Positions 11,125 to 23,417 of a DNA stretch of 44,235 nucleotides are shown one piece after another. The notes beneath the pieces were generated by a model that was not told the origin of the DNA, did not search any database, and saw only the letters and a list, made by a program, of their open reading frames with translations. The stretch comes from Octopus bimaculoides. Lineage: Eukaryota. Positions within the stretch are counted from its first letter, which is position 1. Every line of letters starts with the position of its first letter. The position numbers and the translations under genes are program-made. Location of the stretch: assembly GCF_001194135.2 (NCBI RefSeq), contig NC_068982.1:28405255-28449489 (forward strand). Reading direction: 5' to 3'.

Positions 11125-11796
11125 TCAATTATACATTGGAGACAGGACAATGAAAGTTAGAAAATATTTATGAAGTTTAAAGGATAAAATGTCTGAAGAA
11201 AAATAAAATCCAGATACCGTTACCATTTCACCAATCCATTCTTTTATTCAACTATTGTTTGATCCATTCTCATCTTTACTCTTATTTCTCATGCCTATTC
11301 CGTTAATCTATTTCTATTTCATCTATCCTTTTTTCTTTCGATAACTATTATTCGTATCCATTCCTTTATTCTTTTCTCCTCTTTGTAACCATATTATTTA
11401 GTAAGTGACTCGTAAAAAAGTAATTAAACATTCTGAATCATATCAATCGGATACCTTCTGCGTATATAGTTGTAGCCCAGCACTGCACCAAAGCACTAAA
11501 ATCAAACGTTATCATCACATTTCATCTACATTTATGTTGTTTCTCTGTTTGTCCCTAATTCCTAAAAACATCTTTCTTATAGTATTAGTTCAAATTTTTG
11601 TTCTGATATTGTGATGTTAGACATTTTACCGTTTTTAATTTAGAATTAAGAGCATCTTCCTGTAAACATATTGTTCGTATTAATAGATGTAGGTCTGGCG
11701 GTTTTTGACAGCCATTGACGATAATTTTGAGAAACGATATCGTAGAATGGAAATGGTGTTTCAGGAATTTGTCCTTCGCTGCATCCTGATAAAAAG

Positions 11797-12012
11797 TTCC
11801 TGCTGAAAAGTTCCTGGCTTTGGGTAAAAGAAAATACATGAGGATCAGTTAATTGTGACTTTATTCAACATGTTACCCTCTCAGATTCACACACTTGTTG
11901 CGGCAGTCCTTCCCTTTTTTTAAAGTCTTATACAAAAACTCGGAATGTTGGGCCTCCAATCACGCCTTTCACTACATCCTTAAAACCAGGAACTTTTCAG
12001 CACCCCGTCGTA
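11797..12012 (+). mobile_element. Mariner-type MITE (about 215 bp)
   Basis: TIRs gctgaaaagttcctgg / ccaggaacttttcagc ending ccgtcgTA; internal sequence shared with 32061-32269. Confidence 0.85.
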
Positions 12013-12413
12013 TGTAGTTGCTTACGCACATTCAAACTTAACTTACGTATGCGTGCGGACTTTGTTGTAGTGTTTTCTTAACAGCTTCAATTAAAGATTT
12101 CTTATTTATTCTTGTTCATCATATTTGGTGACATGAACCAGGTTGAACCACTTCACTTAACTACCTTCTCCCAGCTCAAGATGGTTGGTGGATTTCAAGA
12201 GGATTTCTCCATAACGATACCTGGAATAAAGCATGAGTGAAATTGAATGTGAATTCAACAGTACTTGCCAAAATTCTTTTATAATTTATTTTCAGAGAAG
12301 CTCTTTATAATTATACGAAATCTTCATAGCTTTCAAAGTTTAAGTTGCTGCATTTTAGACGGAATCAATTTTTATCGTAGCAAATGGAAATATGACACAG
12401 GTCATCAGTACCT

Positions 12414-12442
12414 CCAAGCCCGTATGTATGTATGTATGTATG

Positions 12443-12476
<34 letters not shown>

Positions 12477-12735
12477 TGTATGTATGTATGTATGTACGTA
12501 TGTATGTATGTATGTATGTATGTATGTATGTATGTATGTATGTATGTGTGTGTATGTGTGTATGTGCGTGTTTGTGTCTGTCTTTGTCCCACCACCACCA
12601 CCATTGCTTGAGAACCGATGTTGATGCGTTTGCGTCCATGTAATTTAGCTGTTCAGTCGAAGATTCTGACGGAATAAGCACCAGGCTTGCTGGGAATAAG
12701 TCCAGGGGTCAATTTCTTCGACTAAAGGGTGGTGC
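12414..12735 (+). mobile_element. (TATG)n array followed by the 3' half of SINE family B
   Basis: gtctgtctttgtccc...ataagtccaggggtcaatttcttcgactaaagggtggtgctcc matches the 3' half of 20188-20895. Confidence 0.75.
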
Positions 12736-15073
12736 TCCTGAGTTACGTACGAATCCAAGGTTAAGGATTGACAGAACTGTTAGAGTGTCGGGCAGGTTAC
12801 CTTGTAGTGTCTGTTCCAGCCCTTTGTATTCCGATAACAATACTTTCGACGAAACTGCCTCCATGCTGTATGGGTCTTAAGGTGGCAAAGTTTCCACTGG
12901 ACAGTTTCCAGTAGCGTGGAAAGGGAACTCATGCATTCGTGGGCAATTGCCAATCTTCCTTGCCCAGGCCTGCATGTGTAGACGTAGACGCATTGTCACC
13001 CATGACCGAAGAAGGCCTTACATAATCGCGAAGAAAAAAGGCCTATACCAATTTTCTTAGACACTAGCTTAAGTCATCCTATGTTAGTCATGTAAAGGAG
13101 ACTTCGCTGAACCTGTTTTTTCAAATTCTAGCAGTCGATATTTTACATAAACCTTACTTGAATTAACTAAAAATCACCCTAAATACGTTAACAAGATATT
13201 GCTGAAGAATAGCATTAACTCTTTAAGCTTTCTGTTAATTGTACGTATCGTACTAACCTTTCACTCCGAGGATCCTTGCAACCTAAAAAAAGTTCTTTTC
13301 TAATTTTAATTTGTTTGGTGGGGAACATATTCGAAAAACGATACCTTCATTCAACTCTCCCCTCATTTCCTTCAACTTTTTTTGTAAATATCAAAATTCA
13401 GTTAGTTTAATGGTGTGAGTTTAAATTTTCCCCTTTCTCATGGCTAGCGCCTTAAGGTAATTTGATATCAAATGCTAAAATATTTCCTGCTGCAAGAAGA
13501 GACTGAGTGCATTGCAGTACGCCCATTTGGACGATACTTATAAGACCAAGCGGTTGCACTCAAGATGTTTGAGTGCAGTCACCCTTGCGTCATAGAGGCG
13601 CGTCCAATTGCTTATCGAGAGAAAATATTTTCTCTCTACACCTCTCTCTCTCTCTCTCTTTCTCTCATACACACATACATACCTGGAGACGGATGGACCC
13701 ACCAGGTTTAAAATCCTCAAACACATCTCAAGACGGCGTTCCTACAATTCCATNNNNNNNNNNNNNNNNNNNNNNNNNNNNNNNNNNNNNNNNNNNNNNN
13801 NNNNNNNNNNNNNNNNNNNNNNNNNNNNNNNNNNNNNNNNNNNNNNNNNNNNNNNNNNNNNNNNNNNNNNNNNNNNNNNNNNNNNNNNNNNNNNNNNNNN
13901 NNNNNNNNNNNNNNNNNNNNNNNNNNNNNNNNNNNNNNNNNNNNNNNNNNNNNNNNNNNNNNNNNNNNNNNNNNNNNNNNNNNNNNNNNNNNNNNNNNNN
14001 NNNNNNNNNNNNNNNNNNNNNNNNNNNNNNNNNNNNNNNNNNNNNNNNNNNNNNNNNNNNNNNNNNNTGTATGTGTGAGTAATGATGAGAACGTTTGCAT
14101 AGCTACATATGAGGACTTAATAGATGATTTCTCACACATGATATAACATCCAAAAACTAAATATTTTACAAAAAATAAATAGAATTGTTAAAAAAATTTT
14201 TTTTTAAACTAGTGGATATATTTCCTAGTTTTTATATCATCATTACTTTTATATCAATAAGCATTTTTCAAAATAAATTATAATCAATGAATTTAATGTT
14301 GGCAAAATTTACTCAACAAAAACTAACGAATGCATGTAGTCAAGTAGAACCCCGCCACTCACCCGCACTTGCCCATCATGTGCATGGATGATTACTCTTG
14401 AAATCAGGTTTCCTAATCTGATAGAGAGGAACAGAATTTTCAAATATTTATATAGTTGTATTGGTATCAGTAGATTTTATTATCCAAATATCTACAGTTG
14501 TTTATATAAACCTATCAAATTGCTAGTTCTTTTTTTTTTTTAGATCTTATGGGCAAATAAATAGTAGGTATCATTACAAATGATGAAAGAAGGTAGGAGA
14601 CCTTCCTGATAGGATCACAGTATTTTCTTTAACAAAAATTATTCAGAATAACAAGGTAGGTTACTAAGATAACGAGTAAAAGTCAGATGGAATACTTGTG
14701 GCATATGTTTTCAGAATACTGTATATATTTGATCAGGATGTTCAAAGCATATAACAAATTTAGAAAATATTATTCAAAGCTAACAGAAAGAAACGTTCTT
14801 AGCTTCTTTTCAAAATCAAAGATAGTGGTAGGTTTCCTTTTATCTAGTCGCATTGCTTTCGTATTTTCAGATTATAGTTGATACGTACACCTTTTCTGTG
14901 ATTATCACTGATTGAAGCTTGAAGCAGGTAGTGAGGCTAGATTGAGGAATATCAATTAAAGAACGAGGAACCCCGCGTTAAATATCGCTAAATAGCAAAT
15001 AAACAACGATAGATTTACTGAAATACATACGTTCTGATAGTGAATGGAGGCTGACCAACAGACAAGATTTACT

Positions 15074-16310
15074 ATTATTAATAGGGTAGGTAAGGCAGTG
15101 ACCTGGCAGAATTGTTTGCACGCTGGGCGAAATGCTTAGTGGTATTTCGTCTGCCGCTACGTTCTGAGTTCAAATTCCGCCGAGGTCGACTTTGCCTTTC
15201 ATCCTTTCGGGGTCGATAAATTAAGTACCAGTTACGCACTGGGGTCGATATAATCGACTTAATCCGGATGTCTGTCTTTGTTTGTCCCCTCTGTGTATAG
15301 CCCCTTGTGGGCAGTAAAGAAATAGGTATTTCGTCTGCCGCTAGGTTGTGAGTTCAAATTCCGCCGAGGTCGACTTTGCTTTTCACTCTTTCGGGGTCGA
15401 TAAACTAAGTACCACTTGTGTGCTGGAGTCGATGTAATCGACTCTTCCCTCCCACAAATTTCAGGCCTTGTGCCCATAATAGAAAGGATTATTAATTGGG
15501 TAGGTAAGGCGATGATCTGGGTAAAATGCTTTGCGGTATCGCGACTGTGTTTACGTTCTGAGTTCAAATTTCACCGAGGCCGACTTTGCCTTTCATCCTT
15601 TCGGGGTCGATAAAAATAAGTTCCAGTCAAGAAATAGGCTCGATGTAATCAGAAAATTCCCACCCTACACCCAAATTTCAAGTCTTATGCTTATAGTAGA
15701 AAGAATGATTAATAAGATATCAGAAGGCGTCAAGTTAAATGAATCGTTAGCACTTTGAAGAAAATGCAAAGCGGCGTAGCTTCCGGTTCTTTACGTTCTT
15801 TGTACAAGTTCTCCCCGTGTTCATCTCTGCCTTTCATTCTCTCGGGGTCGATAACATAAATACCGGTTGAGTACTGGGGTCGATTTAATTGATTAACCCA
15901 CCCCACCAAATTGTTGGTCATGTACCAAAATCTGAAACCATTATTAGTATGATATTTAAGGCAGTGAGCTGGAAGATTCATTAGCACGCCGGGCAAAATG
16001 CTTAGATGCATTTCGTCTGTCTTTAAGTTCTGAATTCAGATCACGCCGAAGTCGATCTTGTCTTTCATCCATTCGGGGTCGATAAAGTAAGTACTTGTCA
16101 ACACTGGGGAGTGATGTAATCGACTTATTCCTTCACGCGAAATTGCTGAATTTAGGCCAAAATTTAGAATCATTATTGATATTATATCGGTGGACTGGTA
16201 CAATTGTTAGAGTTAGGATATAATGTCTTGCGGTATCTATGATTTCTGAGTTCAAATCCCACCAAGAACAGTTTTGCTTTCCAATCCTTCACACTCGATA
16301 ATACATACAA
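15074..16310 (+). mobile_element. Tandem cluster of about six family A SINE units
   Basis: Units begin near 15092, 15325 (headless), 15506, 15725, 15958 and 16185. Each has a B-box-like ctgagttcaaat segment or variant and a cggggtcgata segment or variant; all are on the + strand. Confidence 0.88.
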
Positions 16311-16527
16311 TCATCTTAATGAAGATTACATCAACGTGTCGCAAGGTTATGTAACTTTGGTCTTCCCTAGGAATGAAAAGCAATATAGAACATTAGATAT
16401 ATCCATGTCTACATAGTGTAATTTTTGCCAGTTTAAAAATTTAACCCTATTATATTGAGATATAAAACTAATATTATTAGCAAGTTCCATAGTCAGCTGA
16501 TAGAATATTAGACAAATTAGACATAAG

Positions 16528-16920
16528 CGTAGGCGTAGGCGTGGCTGTGTAGTAAGAATTTTGCTTCCCAACCACATGGTTCCGGGTTCAGTTCCATAGC
16601 AAGTGTCTACCTCAATAGTCTCGGGCCGATTAAAGCCTTGTGAGTGGATTTGGTGGACGGAAACTGAAAGAAGCCTGTCGTATATATACATCTATATCTA
16701 TGTATGCTTGTCTTTGTGTCTGTGTTTATTCTCCTCCACTGGTTGACAACCGGTGTTGGTGTATTTACGTACCAGTAACTTAGTGGCTCAGCATAAGAGA
16801 CCGATAAAATAAGAACTTGGCTTAAAAAAGTCCTGGGGTCGATTTGTTCGACTAAAACCTTTCAAGGTGGTGCCCCAGCATGGTCTCAGTCAAATGACTG
16901 AAACAAGTAAAAGATACAAA
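16528..16920 (+). mobile_element. tRNA-derived SINE, family B (central microsatellite)
   Basis: gcgtaggcgtggctgtgtagtaag...gggttcagttcc head, (TA/TG) core, tail ccagcatggtctcagtcaaatgactgaaacaagtaaaaga. Confidence 0.9.
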
Positions 16921-18605
16921 AAAAAAAATGGGTTTGCTAACCGGACACAGGATGTTAACAGTAGTACATTGTTCAGTCTTCGTGATTGACTGAAGCTTGT
17001 AGATGTTTATCAAATTTCCTTCAGACGACACCGTACTATCTTAAAACGTGAGAATATGAAATAATGAAATCCAAAATAGTCCTCTTAACAAAGATGGATA
17101 ATAATGGGTTTGATCGATCATTGTTGATCTGGAGCTATACAAGAAAACGAAGCAACAATCCCAATTGCTCAGATCTAGAGTTTGAAATTTCTCATAACAC
17201 TGAGTTTTGATTTTCTCTAACACCCCCACACCCCCCACACAACATTCCACAAGCATATACATGTATATAAATTACGACAACTCACATTTGTGACTTCTGG
17301 GTAATGTAACTGATAACAGCTGATGATAAAAGTGACACGTATGAATTACTCTACGAGAATGTTTGACATTACGTTAGGTGCAGCATCCTTGTGAAACTGA
17401 AATTAACATTCAGAATTTATATATTACTATTGTGTGTAATAAATTTGTCACATCTGGTATTGATGTTGCTGGTACAAAAGCCAACATCGATCGGGCGAAA
17501 CTATGAACAAAGACTTTGCAGCTGTGAAAATTCAGTCTATTATTGAAGCGTAGTGTATCTAGTGATATATTAACCGATGTGACATGTTATTTTTAAGGCC
17601 ATAGAATAATTTGAGGTTGATATAGCTGTTAGTTTCAACAGGTTGAAGGTTAGCTATTTTCGGTTCAGTTACAGTTAAGAAACTACTCGATGTATGTTGG
17701 TAATATAACTTGATATAAGCAGCACTCTATTGAAAGTAACGCAAGAATAAATAAATATACAGCGTTTTTTTTTAGCAAGTCGCCTTTATTAGCAATTAGC
17801 TCTTCGTTCAATTAATGTATGAAAAAGTGCCCCTTTGTCAGAAGAAAGTAAATTTTGCTCTGGTGTAGCAACTTGCGCAATACAAATACTTACGCATACA
17901 CACTTACACACACGTACATATACACTTTTGTGCGTCTGTAAACGTATCTGGGCACGTGTGTTTGTGTATGTGAATGTGTGCACATTATACTCTACTGATT
18001 AATTAACATGACTTTTTCTCGGTTAATGTTTTGTGTATGACGTCATCATTTCGTATAAGGATGTTCAGTGGAGACAAATGATATCAAGTTTCAGACTACA
18101 AATGCCTTACAATATTTTTTTCTGTCAACTTTGAGTAGAACTTTCTTTTGATACCCCGGGGGCTCACAATCAAGTCTACTTAATTTTCATTTACCAGAAA
18201 ATAAATTAATAAAGGAACAGCACAGACTTTCTTAGCTGAGAAAAATTTGGTCTGAAGAAAGTTAATCATGCATCAACATGCTTTAAGATCATCAGATATA
18301 GCGTTGGCCACTGTTCTCGAATACTAAATATAAAGCAACGTAGGTTATGGAGCTTGCAAAACAAGTCAAAAATTTCAAAGGATAATGAAGAACTAGCTAA
18401 ATGTAATATATTACATTTAGTGAAGTTGCAGCTCTTTCCATCGAAAGCGACTAATGTTGTGTGCACTATTTCTGATGTCCTGGTCTACAACTTCTGAAAA
18501 TGGAAGAGGTTGACGAAGAAATATGTGTTATAAACTTGTAATTTATAATTGTAAGCCTCGTTAGCACTTAAATATTAGCGAGTAGATATTCCTTGTCACG
18601 AAATG

Positions 18606-18806
18606 GTAGTTAGAAATTTTGGCACAAGGCCAGCAATTTTAAGGGAGGGGCAGGTCGATTGCATCAACCCCATTGCTCAACCGGTATTTTAAGAGGAAAA
18701 GTAAAGTTGATCTCGGCGGAATTTAAGCTTGGGATCGTAAAGAGCTAGAAGAAGCGCCACTACATTTTTGTCCGACACACCAACGGTCCTACCAGCTCAC
18801 CGCTTT
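18606..18806 (-). mobile_element. SINE family A, diverged
   Basis: tttggcacaaggccagcaatttt...ccagctcaccgcttt. Confidence 0.8.
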
Positions 18807-19106
18807 CTAATCATGAAATAATGAATTCTGTTTTGAGAACCGAAGAGTACTGTAGTAAATATGCTGTCATAACTTTCAAGCGATTAACACCCCAACAGCT
18901 GAATGAAAACATCAGCCTAAATAAGTTCGGAAGCTGAAGAAAAGAGAGAACAATGGAACGAGTAAGGGGAAGGCTTGTGGTTTTCATATTTGTGTATTCA
19001 CTTTTAGTGCATTAATGTACGTCTTGAGAAATTCCATTTCTCTGTCAAAAGATATCTGTCTAGCTATGCACTCACGTTCATGTTATTTTTCTTCAAATAC
19101 TTATGC

Positions 19107-19137
<31 letters not shown>

Positions 19138-19282
19138 TGTATGTATGTATGTATGTATGTATGTATGTATGTATGTATGTATGTATGTATGTATGTATGT
19201 ACACACTCGCTTGTTCCACTGCTGCTCCTCGGATTGACAGATATAGATATGTATGTATGTATGTATGTATCTATCTATCTCG

Positions 19283-19330
<48 letters not shown>
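19107..19330. repeat. (TATG)n and (TATC)n microsatellites
   Basis: Seen directly. Confidence 0.95.
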
Positions 19331-19629
19331 ATGTGCATGGATAAAAGCACATTAATCCGAAAAGTAGAAGCGCGTGACAAGATCCCACATTCGAAAAAGT
19401 GTTCCTTAAGATACAGATATCAAACAATCTCTGACCATGAAGTTCATCCCTTAACTCGCTTGTATGGCTTAGCATCTACGTTCGGCGAGGCTGTTTTTAC
19501 TGAGAGTACAAGGAGCAACCGTAGTGCTGGCTTCATAGATGGAACTGAACTCATCATCTTGAGAAGGGAGTCCGTCTAAGAAGGTGCAAACTGATTGCAA
19601 TTCTTTGCCCGCCTTGAGGTCATATTCAC

Positions 19630-19767
19630 TTATGGAAAAAGTACTCGGGAGTAAGCTCTGACTATAATTCTGGAACAATTGTCGGTGTGATAGTACCGCG
19701 TTGTTTCCAAATCCCTTTCAACTATTTCGGTAACACTGGCTCCAACCCCTATTAATCTTTGCCTTTC
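19630..19767 (-). CDS. Candidate terminal coding exon of an unidentified host gene
   Basis: Acceptor gttgttgtttcAG|gaa; phase-0 reading ERQRLIGVGASVTEIVERDLETTRYYHTDNCSRIIVRAYSRVLFP* continues the 21298-21437 exon; region is less AT-rich than its flanks. An alternative acceptor (ttccAG|aattat) would give NYSQSLL...ERRC*. Confidence 0.35.
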   Translation of the reverse strand, partial: ERQRLIGVGASVTEIVERDLETTRYYHTDNCSRIIVRAYSRVLFP

Positions 19768-20187
19768 CTGAAACAACAACGAGATCTTGCAGCATGTGCA
19801 GATTTTCGCCTTCCCTCAAATGTTATAAAGCAAGCGTCTTAAAGAGCACATTCCAGCATCGGTTTACAACGTGGCATGAAAAGAATGTCGTAGTTTACCA
19901 GTTGCTGAGTTGCACTTGATAGGTCCGAACAGAAGCTGAAAGCACCAGGATTTACTTCTAATATATGTTGGCAGAGTAAAGCATATTTCAAACTAATGTT
20001 TATAATGTCTCTAATATCTCTAGATTTTGTAACTTGCAGTATAATTAACCATAATAATAATAATAACCAAACATCAGTTTGCTTCATTAATATATGGCCA
20101 GCTTTTCTCTCAAATTTTCCACTTATTGTGTAGTCCTTGTCCTCATGAAAACAACACCCGCCAAAAAGCTGGGTATGTTTTTAATGG

Positions 20188-20620
20188 GCGCATGAGTGGG
20201 TGTGTGGTAAGTAGCTTGCTTACCAACCACATGGTTCCGGGTTCAGTCCCACTGCGTGGCACCTTGGGCAAGTGTCTTCTGCTATAGCCTTGGGCCGACC
20301 AAAGCCTTGTGAGTGGATTTGGTAGACGGAAACTGAAAGAAGTCTGTTGTATATATGTATATATATATATATATATATANNNNNNNNNNNNNNNNNNNNN
20401 NNNNNNNNNNNNNNNNNNNNNNNNNNNNNNNNNNNNNNNNNNNNNNNNNNNNNNNNNNNNNNNNNNNNNNNNNNNNNNNNNNNNNNNNNNNNNNNNNNNN
20501 NNNNNNNNNNNNNNNNNNNNNNNNNNNNNNNNNNNNNNNNNNNNNNNNNNNNNNNNNNNNNNNNNNNNNNNNNNNNNNNNNNNNNNNNNNNNNNNNNNNN
20601 NNNNNNNNNNNNNNNNNNNN

Positions 20621-20663
<43 letters not shown>

Positions 20664-20895
20664 TTGTGTGTGTGTGTATATGTTTGTGTGTCTGTGTTTG
20701 TTCCCCCAACATCGCTTGACAACCGATGGTGGTATGTTTACGTTCCCATAACTTAACTGTTCGGCAAAAGAAACCGATAGAATAAGTACTAGGCTTACAA
20801 AGAATAAGTCCTGGGGTCCATTTGCTCGACTAAAAGGCGGTGCTCCAGCATGGCCGCAGTCAAATGATTGAAAACAATTAAAAGAGTAAAAGAGA
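20188..20895 (+). mobile_element. tRNA-derived SINE, family B, young copy with gapped (TA)/(TG) core
   Basis: Complete head and tail around gap 20380-20620. Confidence 0.92.
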
Positions 20896-21297
20896 GAGTA
20901 ATGAATCACCAAAGGAGGCAGTAGGATTTAGTATATATTTAGAAAATTCTTTTTTTATTCTGTCACCCTAATATATCTCTTGGCTTGCACTGTTGCTTTT
21001 GGAACTAACTCCCATTCTATATATTTATCTTTTAGTATTGTGAGTCGTTCAACAGGGATATTTCCTACAGGAACAAAGCACACAGATACCAATGTTCCTG
21101 CCAGTTTTAAAACAAGTCTGAAAATGCATTTTGAGATGGTGTGCGCAGTGTTTTATATTTCCCATTTTTTTAAAAAATCATTTTCTATAATAGCTAGACA
21201 ACTAATTAACAAAACGTTTCTCTTGGCACCAGCTGACAAAATGGAAAAGGCAAGATGCGCTGGAACAGCCATTCTGACTCACGGGGATTGCACTTAC

Positions 21298-21437
21298 AGA
21301 GAGCAATCTCTGTCCTGATAGCGGAGAACAGGGCAATGATCGGGTGGGGTGGTGGGGAAAGAACACCGGAGGTGTCAACTGCCGCAGGCTCTTTCTCCCA
21401 TCTCTTCTGTGACAATTCCGTGTATACTTCAATTTTG
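21298..21437 (-). CDS. Candidate internal coding exon (140 nt, phase 1 to phase 0)
   Basis: Strong acceptor tgtatttttttcctttatttAG| and consensus donor |GTAAGT; GC-rich island; open frame KLKYTRNCHRRDGRKSLRQLTPPVFFPHHPTRSLPCSPLSGQRLLS. Confidence 0.6.
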
Positions 21438-21549
21438 CTAAATAAAGGAAAAAAATACAGGAGACAAGTCTGGAAAGTTGGATGGTTATTTGAGAATGGT
21501 CTTCTTGGCCAATAAGTGACGCATTCAGATTCCTGATGTAGCATTCATA

Positions 21550-22390
21550 CTTAGCTTATCTATCATTTTGATCACTCTCAAACACCTCAGTTAATCCGAG
21601 TAAAGTTATTTATTGATTGCAGAACCACGTGGAACTAATTCACTATAAACAACGTCCTTCTAATATATAAAAAGACGATCAAAATCCTCTTCAAATTTGA
21701 ATGATTCTGATGTGTTTTCCTTTTGCTCCTAGTTAGTATGATTCAATACACTGTGAAGATTGCTTTTATGCTTCGACAGCGTAGCCGAACACCCACGTTT
21801 TGTAACCTAGCATGACACTTTCCAGAAAGTTTTCATCATTATTTGAACGATGATACTATGTCTAACTGACTCGATTATTTTTTGTTTATCTGTCAGCAGA
21901 CGTGGTGCACATTTTGCGGTAACATGTTGCGTCTTGAAATATGCTGTAAAATTGCCTTCATTTATTCTGTAAATAAATAACATTTTCTGTAAAAATAAAC
22001 TTTTACATAAGGTCGCCTCCGAAAAATTCACGGACAACCAGGCGACAATTTTATGGTAAGATGCATGTGTGTTGTTGTGAGGTAGTATCCATGACTCATG
22101 CTATTTCCATTGTGTTGTCTCTCTCTTAAGCATCTCAAAATATGCAAACAATCCAATTCAATTTGTAATTTAACCACGTTTAACAAACATTCGCAATGCG
22201 GTCGTCGTCCACCATCTTATATATTGTCTAGATTTAGAGTCGTCTTCGATAAATGTTTATCTTTACGTGGTATTGTGTTTGGCTGAAACGCTATCCGCCA
22301 TCAATCTGTTGCATCATTAGGAGAGTATCCGTAAAACGTTTTCTATGTTTGAAACATAATTTCACGCAAACGCATTACACATTATAAATC
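21550..22390 (-). mobile_element. Mariner transposase remnant, highly decayed
   Basis: Minus frames give QHVTAKCAPRLLTDKQK, ENFLESV...TWVFGY and SNLKRILIVF...VVYSELVPRG. Confidence 0.75.
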
Positions 22391-23340
22391 TATATATTTA
22401 TGTTGACACTGTCTGGTATAGGCATTTATTTGTTCATGCCAATTCCTTTTCTCTATTTGATTTATCTTACTCTGTTTCTATTTAAGTAGTTGCAGGTTAT
22501 ATTTGCTGGTACAGCGATTATGGTTATCTATGCATATTACACATTTTCATTTTCTTTTCTTTTTTCCTTCATTCCCCTCTTTTCCATCCCTTCCTGAATT
22601 TATTTTCTTGAATTATAATTAGCTGGATCTCCCTTAATTAAGACAAATATTCTATAAATTCCGAGATAATTAATCGGAGCACTGTAATCAAGATGACTCA
22701 AACAAATGAAGTAACGCTGGAATTTATTAAGCATGCCACTCCTCAATGTACCAAACAATATAAAACAGACAAGATGATTTTTCTTTTAGTACAACGTCGA
22801 TATCAGTCTCACGGTGGTGCACCAGCATGACCGCAGCCACTTGGCTGAAACACATAAATAAATCAGTCTTAAGATATATTTCGATAGGGTCAAATGTGCT
22901 TGGTGCTTGCTGTTTGCGAGTATACAAACATGTTTTGCCAATACCAGGTGTTACGAGAGATGTTGCTAAGTTTAATAATATCTTTAGAATAGAAATGCCT
23001 TCTAACTATACTTTAATTTATAGACATTCTGCTATTCATTCTCGTGGTTAACAGATTCTAATCTCACTCAATTTACTTTTCTCAAATGTTGGTAATACTG
23101 ATAAGGAAATTCATTTGTTGATGAACTGCTAATTGATCGATATGCTACTGCTCCATTGTTTATTTTTAAGCCTGATGAGATGAGAGTAGCGTAACGTATT
23201 ACGTAATCTTGTTGATGTTGTGCACACAGCATACCGGAAAACGTCATGTTTATGTTACAATAAAGACTCGTAACGAAACAATTGTAGCTGACCATTAAGC
23301 CCCCCCCCGTCTCTTTGGATTAATATATATATATATATAT

Positions 23341-23412
23341 ATATGGGAGAATTTACGAAAAAAACAACAACAGACGAGGACAGGTGGTGTAAACAACAAA
23401 AGGATGTATTAA
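23341..23412 (-). mobile_element. PLE terminal-repeat fragment next to (TA)n
   Basis: gagaatttacgaaaaaaacaacaacagacgaggacaggtggtgtaaacaacaaa matches 2730-2778; truncated before the hammerhead. Confidence 0.75.
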
Positions 23413-23417
23413 CACTT

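Noticed and set aside
15092-15185. SINE heads as tRNA genes (also 16528, 20188, 35855)
   Set aside because: They have A/B-box-like motifs but no convincing cloverleaf, and continue into SINE bodies.
19820-20020. RLKEHIP as a plus-strand PLE GIY-YIG remnant
   Set aside because: No GIY/YIG motif in any frame; the similarity is too short.
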